NCBI GenBank assembly: GCA_017541665.1 | Contig: JAFXYP010000069.1 | Span: 27,945-91,944 of the forward strand | DNA: 64,000 bases | Origin: Lentisphaeria bacterium | GTDB lineage: Bacteria > Verrucomicrobiota > Lentisphaeria > Victivallales > UBA1829 | Reading direction: 5' to 3' | Shown here: positions 45,130 to 55,600 of the stretch, one piece after another | Numbering within the stretch: position 1 is the first letter of the stretch | How the letters are laid out: each line of letters begins with the position of its first letter | Translations under genes and position numbers: made by a program | Notes under the pieces: generated by a model | Told to the model about the DNA's origin: nothing | The model's input: only the letters and a program-made list of their open reading frames with translations | Databases searched by the model: none

Positions 45130-46185
45130 ATGAACCACAAAAGTCGTTTCTCCGTTTCCGTGCTCTGCACTGTCTCCGCCATGATGATCGCCGCGCATTG
45201 CGCTGCCCAGGCTCCGGCAGCCGCCGCTCAGCCTGCAGCTCAGGCTCCGGCACAGGCCGCATCCGTACTGAAAGAATACAAGCCGACCGGGAACCCGATG
45301 TTCTCCCATAAATTCACCGCGGACCCGGCGCCGGTCGTGATCGGCGACACGCTGTGGATGATCACCAGCCACGACGAGACTGCCCCAAACGGACGCCTGA
45401 ACCGGAATTTCCGAATGCGCGACTGGTGCCTCTTCTCCACGAAAGACATGAAGACCTGGACGGAATACCCGACTCCGCTCTCCGTGGATGAGTTCAAGTG
45501 GGACGGCACGCATACGGCATACGCCGCGCAGATGATCCCCCGCGACGGCAAGTACTACCTGTACATCAGCACCAACGGCAACGGGATCGGCGTGGCGGTC
45601 GCCGACAAGCCGGAAGGTCCGTACAAGGACCCCATCGGCAAGCAGCTCGTGACGCCGGCCCAGTGTTTCGCTACGACCCATTCCTGGGCGTGCATCGACC
45701 CGACCGTCATGATCGACGATGACGGGCAGGCGTGGCTCGTGTGGGGCAACCGGAAATGCTATTACGCCAAGCTCAAAAAGAACATGGTCGAGCTGGACGG
45801 CGAAGTGAAGACGCTCGATATCGACTTGAAGGACATGCCGTTCGAGGAAGGCCCGTGGATCTTCAAACACAACGGCAGGTATTATCTGGTCTATGCCTGC
45901 GGCAATCCCGAAAAGCTGGCGTATGCGATCGGCGACAAGGTCGACGGCCACTTCGAGGCGAAAGGAATCCTGATGGAGCGTTCCGGCAACTGCGGCTCCA
46001 ATCATCCGGGCGTGGCGTACTTCAACGGCGAATGGTATCTTTTCTATCACACCGGAGCCAACGGCGGCGACTTCAACCGCGCGGTCTGCGTCGACAGGAT
46101 GACGTTCAATGAGGACGGGACCATCAACAAGGTGCCGTTCTCGAAGGAAGGCATCTTCGGCGCCGCCGCCAAGCCGGAGAAATGA
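45130..46185 (+). CDS. Secreted GH43 glycoside hydrolase
   Basis: Signal peptide, TADPAP, SHDE, IDP-V-IDDDGQAW, EGPW, NHPG. Confidence 0.9.
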   Translation: MNHKSRFSVSVLCTVSAMMIAAHCAAQAPAAAAQPAAQAPAQAASVLKEYKPTGNPMFSHKFTADPAPVVIGDTLWMITSHDETAPNGRLNRNFRMRDWCLFSTKDMKTWTEYPTPLSVDEFKWDGTHTAYAAQMIPRDGKYYLYISTNGNGIGVAVADKPEGPYKDPIGKQLVTPAQCFATTHSWACIDPTVMIDDDGQAWLVWGNRKCYYAKLKKNMVELDGEVKTLDIDLKDMPFEEGPWIFKHNGRYYLVYACGNPEKLAYAIGDKVDGHFEAKGILMERSGNCGSNHPGVAYFNGEWYLFYHTGANGGDFNRAVCVDRMTFNEDGTINKVPFSKEGIFGAAAKPEK

Positions 46186-46225
46186 CCGGTTTCCCGGCTC
46201 GCGCCGTTCCACGGATCCATTCTCC

Positions 46226-46933
46226 ATGTCAAATGTCCTGACAAACTATTTTGAGCACGGATACCGATTTCACAAGCTGGAATCGGTACCGGTATCGTGC
46301 AAACAGGAGACAAAGGCTGTCTTTCTCATTCACGGCTGGGGTGTGCGTGCCGTCGCAATGGCACGTCTGGCGTCCGCTCTGGCGGATGAGGGCTTCACCG
46401 TATACAATTACGACTATCCGACCTCAAAACGGAAGATCGGGGAACATTCCGAAATCTTCCTCTCGTTGTATCGACGGATCCTGGACGAGGAAAAACCATC
46501 GGGTATCTTCTTCGTCACACACAGCATGGGCGGCATTCTTCTCCGGGCGGCTCTGGGACAAATGGACGAGTCCGAATGCCGCCGCATCGAAGCGATCGTC
46601 ATGCTCGGTCCGCCGAACAGGGGCTCCGTCCTCGCTTATCTGGGAAAGAGCAGGGTCGCCCGCGGCATCAATGCCTCGCTTGCGGATATGACGCCGGCAG
46701 AGGATTCCTTCGTCCGGAACATCCCGCCTCCGCCGTTCCTGCCGCCGGCCGGCATCGTCGCGGCCAAGTACGACGGTAAGGTGACATTGGGCAGTACGCT
46801 CCTGCCGGACGGCCAGCCGTGTCAGCATACCATTGTGCCGTGTACGCATCCCGGTCTCCGCAATCCGAAATACACGCTCGTCCCGATCCTGAGTTTTTTC
46901 AATTCAAAAGCATTCAGCGGGTCTTTACCATGA
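46226..46933 (+). CDS. Alpha/beta hydrolase (lipase/esterase-like)
   Basis: LIHG, THSMGG, MLGPPN-GS, DGKV, H. Confidence 0.82.
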   Translation: MSNVLTNYFEHGYRFHKLESVPVSCKQETKAVFLIHGWGVRAVAMARLASALADEGFTVYNYDYPTSKRKIGEHSEIFLSLYRRILDEEKPSGIFFVTHSMGGILLRAALGQMDESECRRIEAIVMLGPPNRGSVLAYLGKSRVARGINASLADMTPAEDSFVRNIPPPPFLPPAGIVAAKYDGKVTLGSTLLPDGQPCQHTIVPCTHPGLRNPKYTLVPILSFFNSKAFSGSLP

Positions 46934-47397
46934 TCAACACAATAAAAATCCTTTTTGTCTGTCACGGGAACATCTGCCGCAGCCCTATGGCGGAGTACGT
47001 GATGAAAGACCTGGTCCGCAGGAATCATCTTGAGGCCCGGTTCGAGATCGCCTCGGCGGCGACAAGCCACGAAGAGCTCGGCAATCCGGTCTATCAGCCT
47101 GCCTGGAGAAAGCTCGCCGAGAACGGGATCGTCTGCGCCGGACACCGCGCCCGGCAGATGACGAGGGCGGATTATGACGATTATGACCTGATCGTCTGCA
47201 TGGACCGGAGGAATATCCGCAACGCGCTCCGGATCACGGATGGCGACCCCGAGCACAAGATCGTGCTGCTCCTCGATTATGCGGACCGTGCCGGGGAGGA
47301 AGTCGCCGACCCCTGGTACACCGGCGATTTCGATGCGACCTGGGACGACATTGTGGGCGGCTGCGAAGGACTGCTGAGGCAAATGAGCGAAGCATAG
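46930..47397 (+). CDS. Low-molecular-weight protein-tyrosine phosphatase
   Basis: ILFVCHGNICRSPMAE, DPWY; ATGA overlap with the upstream gene. Confidence 0.92.
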   Translation: MINTIKILFVCHGNICRSPMAEYVMKDLVRRNHLEARFEIASAATSHEELGNPVYQPAWRKLAENGIVCAGHRARQMTRADYDDYDLIVCMDRRNIRNALRITDGDPEHKIVLLLDYADRAGEEVADPWYTGDFDATWDDIVGGCEGLLRQMSEA

Positions 47398-47574
47398 CTT
47401 ACATGCTGGAGATCACGAAACAGAATCGGCACTTCCCTCTGTGAGTTCGGAGCCCGCCTGAAAAATGCCTGTTGGGAGGTCCAGGAGAAGCGTGTGCCAA
47501 GTGCAAATCGTTTTTCCCTGTAAATCCGCTGCGGTTTTGAGTTTGCGGTTTTTGTTGTAGACCGCCATCCCGAG

Positions 47575-48909
47575 TTACACGGGGACTGTTTCCGGCTGAT
47601 CAACGGGCTTCTCCGAAGAGACCTTTTTCTCCTGCCCGGGAATTTCGAAACAATACGGGTCTTTGACGTGGAGATAAAGATAAAGGCTCCAGAATGTCAG
47701 CGCAATCATATAGAACGCCATAAACGGGAAGACATGATAGACCGGCATGCTCCACTGCTTGTCAACAAGATAGAAAACGGAACCAAGCCCCGGGATGCCG
47801 CCTGGGATGGAAAAGATTTTCAAGCAGAGCGTGCCGGGTACAATCAGGAAAAGCATGAAACAAGCCGTAATCCCGAAATGCCACCATTCTTTCGTTCTGG
47901 CAAACGCGAAAAGACGAATGAAGAACAAAGGGAAGATAAGGGAGAGATCCCAGTTCTGATGATAGGAAATGAGCATGGTCAGGCACAGTGCCAGCAGCAA
48001 CAGCGTGTCCGAGAAAACGCGTGTTTTGGATTCTTTCCAGAAGAGGTACAGGCAACCGGAAATCGTTATGGCTTTCAAGATATGATTCAGCATCGGCACT
48101 TTAAAAAAACCTAAATGGCACATGGTCGCGCCGCTGGTCCCGTAGTGGTTGACATGTCCCGGCGAAAACAGGAATTTGACGGCTTCGTAATAGCCGACAT
48201 AAACCTCTTTCAGGTCGTTTCCGCAGAAGACGGGAGAGATGGAAAAAAAGATGAAAAGAACGAACGCGCAGATGCAGAGCTTCCAATATCCCTTGAAAAA
48301 CAGAAGAGGAGCGAAGACGGTCAGCAAGCTGTATTTCGTCACGGCGAGAAATGCGAAGAGAAACGTCCGCAGGATACGGGATGGCGGTCCCCAGAACATC
48401 CAATACAGGCAGAGTGCCAGAACGACCGGGATCTGCCCGAGACGCATGGTGTCCATGACGTTGTTGGAGGACAGGAAGATAAAACAGCAAAGCGCACCGA
48501 TAAACTGTTTCCTGCCCGGCATCAGAAGATCGTGCCATTTGAAACCGCAGGCTTTGACCAGCGTCAGACAGGTCAAATAGATGACGATCAGAATATTGAA
48601 TACGACCCAGGCGATCTGAAGCGCCTTGCTCCATAGAAATCCAAGGGGAGCAAACAGGAGCATGTGTCCGGGATAGACGATGGGCATATCCTCCCAGGGG
48701 GGGAAGCCGGGCAGACCGGGATGATCCGGGAAGGGATTGTACCCCTTGAACAAAGCAAATGAAATATGGCAGTAAGAACAGAAATCAATTAAGTAAGGGA
48801 TCCTTGTTTCGACAATGGCTATCCGGATCAAAGGGAGGAGAATGAGAACAATGGAGGCAACAAAAAACAGGATGTTTGCTTTTTTCTGAAAGAAGGATCG
48901 ACTTGTCAT
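47575..48909 (-). CDS. Multi-pass membrane protein, GT-C/GT87 (DUF2029)-like
   Basis: DF after TM1, G-NP, VYP, GQ and K motifs, many TM helices. Confidence 0.6.
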   Translation of the reverse strand: MTSRSFFQKKANILFFVASIVLILLPLIRIAIVETRIPYLIDFCSYCHISFALFKGYNPFPDHPGLPGFPPWEDMPIVYPGHMLLFAPLGFLWSKALQIAWVVFNILIVIYLTCLTLVKACGFKWHDLLMPGRKQFIGALCCFIFLSSNNVMDTMRLGQIPVVLALCLYWMFWGPPSRILRTFLFAFLAVTKYSLLTVFAPLLFFKGYWKLCICAFVLFIFFSISPVFCGNDLKEVYVGYYEAVKFLFSPGHVNHYGTSGATMCHLGFFKVPMLNHILKAITISGCLYLFWKESKTRVFSDTLLLLALCLTMLISYHQNWDLSLIFPLFFIRLFAFARTKEWWHFGITACFMLFLIVPGTLCLKIFSIPGGIPGLGSVFYLVDKQWSMPVYHVFPFMAFYMIALTFWSLYLYLHVKDPYCFEIPGQEKKVSSEKPVDQPETVPV

Positions 48910-49213
48910 GGTTTGCCTCGGAAAAAGGTTGAAGTATGGTCAAAACTGTTCCATCATAAGGTTAGTATAGCAGGTTTTGGCCGGATTGTCAAGTGGCATC
49001 CCGTTTTTTTCCCCTGTTTTCTTCGTTTCGGATGGAGGTCACGAAATCGAATCGGCTCGTCACCTCGGCAAAACAAAGACCGCCTGAACAAATCCGTTGG
49101 TGCGAGAGGAGAAAAAACTGGAAACCGACGGGTTGCGATCGCAATCCAGAATGCGACGCGCAAACACGGAAGGATGCATATCAAAAAAACTTTAAAGAAT
49201 GTGGATAAAAGGT

Positions 49214-49242
49214 TTGATATTTCGCGTGTTGGGTGTTATATT
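49214..49242 (+). promoter_or_regulatory. Sigma70-type promoter upstream of the giant surface-protein leader
   Basis: TTGATA-17 nt-TATATT with extended TG. Confidence 0.6.
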
Positions 49243-49249
49243 TCTTTGA

Positions 49250-49553
49250 TTGCAAGTGGGGAACAGAGGAGCCTGAGCTCAAAATGAACAGGATCACGGC
49301 TGAAATGTACGGTTGGCCGCTGGCAGGCGGCGGGGGGACTGCGTGTCCTGATCCGATCCGCGTCCCGTGGAACGCTCGCGCGAACATCGTGAGCGCAAGC
49401 AGAGCAGAGCAACCGTCAGGCTTTCTACGTCCGATACTTCGAAGGTCTGCGTATCGAATCCGGTTCCGGATACACCGCCAGTTGACGTCCGTTTTTCCGT
49501 TTTCCTTCACAAACATTTCCCGCATCCTCCATTTCGAGGCTGCGGGCTTTTTT
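49250..49553 (+). ncRNA. Candidate structured leader RNA or sRNA, family not recognised
   Basis: Nested helices between a promoter and a terminator; no credible ORF. Confidence 0.4.
49519..49553 (+). terminator. Intrinsic terminator/attenuator upstream of the giant gene
   Basis: CCCGCATCCTC...GAGGCTGCGGG stem followed by C-T6. Confidence 0.7.
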
Positions 49554-49667
49554 GCGTTCGGGGGGAGAGAGACATGCGAATCGGCTTCGATACAGCGCCT
49601 CAAGCTCAACAGACAAGCATATCAACCAATAACATATAACATATAATCCAACCGGAGGAGAAGCAGT

Positions 49668-52600
49668 ATGTCTCACAAGTACTCTTGGACCGTTACATCG
49701 AACTACCACTACGATGCAACCCTGACCACGGCCCTGATAAAGGATTACCTCGCCGATTGGCTGGATTCCAGCGGCAAAGATAACCACTTTTACAGTTTGT
49801 CCAACATGGGCAATCTCTCTATCTGGCCCTCCGACCGGGAGAAGCAGCACGACACCAGTTACCACTATGAGGAGGAATCGGAGGAACCGCTGGATCCGGT
49901 GCCCACCAACTCGACTTACGAGTACTACGAGAACTTCAAGCTGGCCACGGGTTTGAACTTCGCCGAATTGCGGAGCTCCGCGGCCGCGGCCGGATTGGCC
50001 TCGCACGGCTACATCCCGAACGGACTCGGGCTCGCCGACAACACCTCAGCCGGGAATATCACCTTCGACAAGAATGGCGAGATCGAATTCGCGGGCAGCA
50101 ACACGCTTGCCCAAGATATCACCTTCATCGACGGCGGCTACGTCTATTTCCAGCCGGGACCGGGCGCTGGTTCGGGGAATCAGACCCTGACCGGATTGCT
50201 CGCCTCCAGGGATTTGGACAGCGTCTTCATTGCCAAGGTCGCCCGGGGCGGAAGCGTCACCCTATCCGGCGGCCAGGTCCGGCGGAATCTGCGGGAATTG
50301 TCCATCGCCGAAGAATACAACGGCTGGACTCCGGTGAGCAGCCAGACCGGTTCCGGCGTGCTCGTTGACGGCCTCGTGGTCCGCGGCGTGCTCAACAGCG
50401 TGTATGTGGGCAGCGGCGCGAGTGTGAACCACCTGACCGTCGGGCTCGACAGACAATGGTCCGGAAGCGACGTCAGCGCGTTCGTCACGACCGACAGCAA
50501 CGGTGTTCCCAAGCCGACATATTGGGGTTCCCATACCAATATGACCATCGCTTCGGGCGGCACCGCCACCAATATCACCCTCGGCAACGGCGGAACCGTG
50601 TACGTCTCCGGCCTGTCGGACACCGTGACCAGCGAGTGGGTCGTCACCGGTACCAGCGGCGGCAGCATGGTAGGCGACGGCTACTGGAAATACACCACGG
50701 CGTATGCCTCCGGCACGGGCGGCATCCTGAAGGACCTGAACATGGCGTCCAGCGGCGGCCTTCAGTTCGAGGGGATCACCGATCCCCGTGCGACCTGGAA
50801 CTATCCGTCGAACGGTTATCTCAACAGCCGCTCCTACATGAGCGGCTTCCTCGCGACCGCGCCGCAGAGCTCGTATGTCTCGTTCGGAAGCAACGCCAGC
50901 GGCAGCAATATCAACATCGGCAAAGGCGGCTCGCTCTATATCGACAAGGGCGCGAGAGTCAGCGCCATCTCCATGGGCGGACTCACCACCAGCACCACGT
51001 TCGTCAACAGCAGCGGCACCACCGACACGTGGATCGGGGACCGGGGCGCGAGCTTGCAGATCAGAGGCGGCTATGTCTCCGGCGTGGTGATGGACCCCGT
51101 CCTGCAGACCTTCGATTATTATTCCGCCGCGCATGATTATTTCTGGCTTCACTCTGAGACCATCAAGGACGCCTATTCCTCGGCGCACGGCAGTTACGGC
51201 TCCGGCGAGGCGTGGTCCTCCGCCATGTATGCTTCCGCCTCGGCCACCTACCGTCAGTATATGAGCGCCATGTACACTTCCGGCGCCGTCTATACGAACC
51301 TCGGCGACGACACGGCCTACAACCGCAGGTACGTCGGCGGCGACATCGGCGTGGCCGGCGGATGGATCATGAACGTCAGCGGATTCTCCTATCTCGGCGT
51401 CGCGGCGGATGTGGATGTGACGGTCTCGAACAACGTCAGCACCTGGAAGACGTACCAGTATACGGACGGCAACGTCTCCAAGGCCATCGGCGCCGTGAGC
51501 GCGACGCTGGATGTGACGGGCGGCGCCCATGTCTACAACGTGAAGATCGAAGGCGGCCGCGTCATCATGACCGGAGGGGGCGAAGTCAACGCCCGCTGGC
51601 ACAGCAGGGAAAACAAGCAGAGCAACTACAACCTGGTGGAAGACCTGGACCTGCGGATCGGCGATGTGCTGGGGCTCGGCAGCGCTTACCCCGCGGTCAT
51701 CGAGTTCTTCGGCGAGGGCAGCGGCGGCTACAAACAGTATATCTCCTCCGGCGGCACCAGCGGTTATGTGGATTACACCTGGGACGCGATCGATCCGGGC
51801 GAGATCCACTCGGTCACCGCCAGCAAAGGCCTGGTCGTTTCCGCCAACTGGACGACCCATCAGGACTTCACCTACATCGGCAGCGGCGCGGTCACCTTCA
51901 ACGGCCTCGGCACCGTCGTGCTGAAGGACAACCATTCGCGCTACTCGTCCGATTCCTACTACGGCACGGGGCCCTATCTCGGCTCGGCGTTCGACGAGTA
52001 TTATTTCGGCGTGGTGAAGGGTGTGTACAACGAGGAAGACGGCGTGCTGGAAAACTACACCGTCCTCGACGGGGACGTCAGCAGCGGCGGCTTCGACTGG
52101 GAGGGTTTCCTGATGGTCGGGTCCGGCGGCATCGTGCAGAACATCGGCTCCGCCTCGCCCCTGAAGACCGGCAACGACATCGTCAACAGCGACACCTGGA
52201 CGCCCGAATACACCCGCGACAAATGCAAGGTCCTGACCGTGGTGGCGGGCGGTTCCGCCAATAACGTGACGGTGAAGGGCGCGGTCAGCAACTTCGAGCA
52301 TTATGAATCGCAGTACACGGAAAGCCGCGCGGGCCTGCTGGTCTCCTCCGGCGGCACGGCGACGAACGTGACGGTCCTGGAAGGCGGCATCGCCATGGCG
52401 AAGGGCGGCACGATCGACAAGGTGTTCGTCGCCGCGGGCGGCGTGCTGTATCTCTCCGGCTGGGCGGGTGCGCATCAGGTGGGAGAGAGAGACAGCGATT
52501 ACAATCTCCAGCTGTCGGGTCCGCAGTACATGGACACCACCGTGCTGAACGGCGTGCGTCTGGATTCCGGCGGACAGCTGACCAATACGCTGGACTGGGG

Positions 52601-55600
52601 ATTCCGAGCCGGTAATGCACCGAGCGTCATCGCCAACAAGGGCGGCGGCATCATGAACGGCGTGACCGCCAACGGCGTGGCGTATGTGAGCGGCCTCGAC
52701 TACGCGGGCGGCATCACGCTGACCAAGGATCAGCAGGCCATCGACGTGACCGTCCGCGGCTATAAAACGATCACTTCGCGCGACGAGGAAGGCAATCCGA
52801 CGGCCTATACCACAACGATTGCCAGCCTGAACGTGAGTTCCGGCGGCATCGTGAAGGGCGCGACCGTCGGAGACGAAGGCGCCATCTACGTGAGCAACGG
52901 CGCGGACGTGAGCGGCCTCGTTGCCTCCGGCGGACGGATCGTCTTCGCCAACAGTTCCGGCTGGAGCGACTACTTTGCCGGCAGCGCGACCGTGAACGGG
53001 ATCACCGTCAAGGACGGCGGAGCGCTGGAAGTCAACAGCAAGTTCGGCCTCACCGCGACCGACGTGAAAATCGAGCAGGACGCCGGTCTGACGTTCACGC
53101 TCGGGAAGGCCGCAAACGAGGATTACACGCCGACCGCCCTGAACGGGACCTGGACGGCGGACTGGGGCTCCGGCACGTTCCAGACGAACGACGGTGTGCT
53201 GACGGGCTTCGGCGGCCAGTTCGGCCATGAATACCGCGATCTCTTCTATTCCAGCGCCTACGTCTCCGCGCGCCTCTCCATGACGATCGTCGAGGGCGGC
53301 GTGCTGGCAGGCGGCGATCTGCGCGGCTACGGCAGCGTCCTCGTGAAAAACGGCGGCAAGATGCTTGACACCAAACTTCAGGGCATTACGGCGAATATCG
53401 CCACGAGCGGCTACGCGTCCGGACTATCCGCGACCGTCGCCAGCGGCAAAAACGCCTACGGCACAAATATCTATGTTTACGGCAGCGGCGCGGTCGCGGA
53501 AGCGACGGTCCTCAACGGGGGCTATATGGGCGTCGAGAGGGGCGGCGTGGTCAACTCCGTCACGATGCTCTGTCCCGAAGGGTACGAAGGCCCTGCGGGC
53601 AACGACACCCAAGTCGGCCCCGTTGAATTTGAGGTCATGGCGGGCGGCACGGCGAACAACGTGATTGCCAGCGCGGGCGTCATCACTCTGCTGGACGGCT
53701 CCAAGGAACCGGGTACGGCCGGCCCGACCCTGTCGAACGCCGACGTCCATTCCGCCGCGATGCTCATCGTCAAGGGCGACGGCGCGGTGCTGGACGGCAC
53801 GCTGAACCTCGCGGGCACAGTCTTTACGACCGGCAAGCGCTATGAATACGTCGAAGTGGAGGTGACGGACCCGAATACGGGCGATACCTATACCGACTAC
53901 CAGCGCGTCGAGTTGAACAACTCCGTCGCGGACGCCGCGACGCTGACCGTGAACTTCGACCTGACCGAACTCGAAGCGCCCGGCGAAACCGCCATGATCG
54001 ACAACCTCGCCAATCTCACTGGCGTGAAGTTGGACAAGATCTCCGTCAGCGCCGACCAGACGCAGGGCGCATACGTACTCGCTGGCGGTTCCGAGGATTA
54101 CAACGGCGCGCTGAAAGTGGTTCGCGACGGCTCGTTTGCCGGGACTATCACCGTGGGCGGATACCTGCAGGTGACCGACGACCTGACCTACAGCCTGCTC
54201 AAAAACGACAACAACGATCTCGTTTTCTCCGTGATGTCGACCGACGCGGCGATCACCAATATCGTCGCCACGTCGGACGGCAAGGAACTGCTTAAGGGCA
54301 AATGGTCCAAGTATGCCGTCAACATCAAGACGGAAGTCAACCAGTATTCCAAGTCCATCTGGTACCGCATCAAGCAGGCGGTCAAGCCCAGGACCAGAGG
54401 GACCCTCCTCTATGCACCCGGCGACGTGGATGACGACGGCTGGATTGAACTTGACAACGAAAAAGGCATCACGCTCTCGGAATATTGCACGGTCGAGTTC
54501 AAGGCAAAAAACGAGAAAGGCGCGGATTCCAAGATCGTCGAGTACATCGTGAACTACGACGCGACCGCGCCGGTGATCGACGGCCTCCGCCTCGTTTCGG
54601 GCGAACCCTTCCTGACGCCCGGTGTGGAATCCGCAGTCGTCGTGTCCGTGACGGACGATCTGGACGCCACTCCGGCGCTTCAGCTCAGTCTGAACGACGG
54701 CATGTGGACGGACGTTATCCATAACGACGATGGAAGCTATATCTTCAACCTCACCGGCGGCATAGAAGGATTCACGCTGCGCGCCATCGACCACGCCGAG
54801 AACGAGACCGTGCTCAGCGTGTCCGTCCCGAACGATCCGGTTGCGGCGGCAGACATCGTCACTGTCACCAATCAGGACGTCACGGTCAGCGCGGAGTTCA
54901 GCGCCGACGCGATGATAAAAGAGTTCTCGACGGACGGCGGCGAGACCTGGGAAGATTACGACGAGGCTGGTGTGGTGCTCGATAACAACGGCACCGTGTC
55001 GTTCCGCGCCGGAAACATCCTCGGATACTCTGCCGTGACCGACCTCGTCGTCGACAACATCGACAAGGATGCACCTGTGATTACGCTTGCCGGCGACAAT
55101 CAGACCCCGTTGCAGTCCAGTACGTTAACGGCGGAGGTCGATGATGACAGCGAAATTCTCTTCTCGCTTGACCAGCAGACTTGGAAAAAGTATGAAGGAC
55201 AGCTTGATGTTGCTGCGAATGGTACCTATTACTTCAAAGCGACTGATGCTGCAGACAACGTCGGTACGGCGGAATACGTATTTGCCAACATCCGGCCGAT
55301 CTTGTCTTCGGAAGTCGAACCTCAGACACAAACTTGGGAAAAGAGCGGGGAAGTCTCGCAATACATTGTGGAGATTTCCACGGACAATTTCGAGCATGTC
55401 ATCCAGCTGGTCGTTGAGTCCAATTCGCTTGATGCCTTCCAGATGCCTGCAGGCAACTACCAGATTCGCGTCAAACCTGAGGACGGAGAATGGGCTGCCG
55501 TCGATCCTGTGGCTGGCACACCGGCCGCCACCGAACCGAAGATCATCAAGTCGGATGCGGACGGCAATGCGGACGTGTTCTTCGCGAGTGCTATAGGAAC

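Noticed and set aside
49200-49208. Perfect DnaA box (TGTGGATAA) just upstream of a promoter
   Set aside because: A single 9-mer can occur by chance in 64 kb and there is no cluster of boxes; not reported as oriC or as a regulatory site
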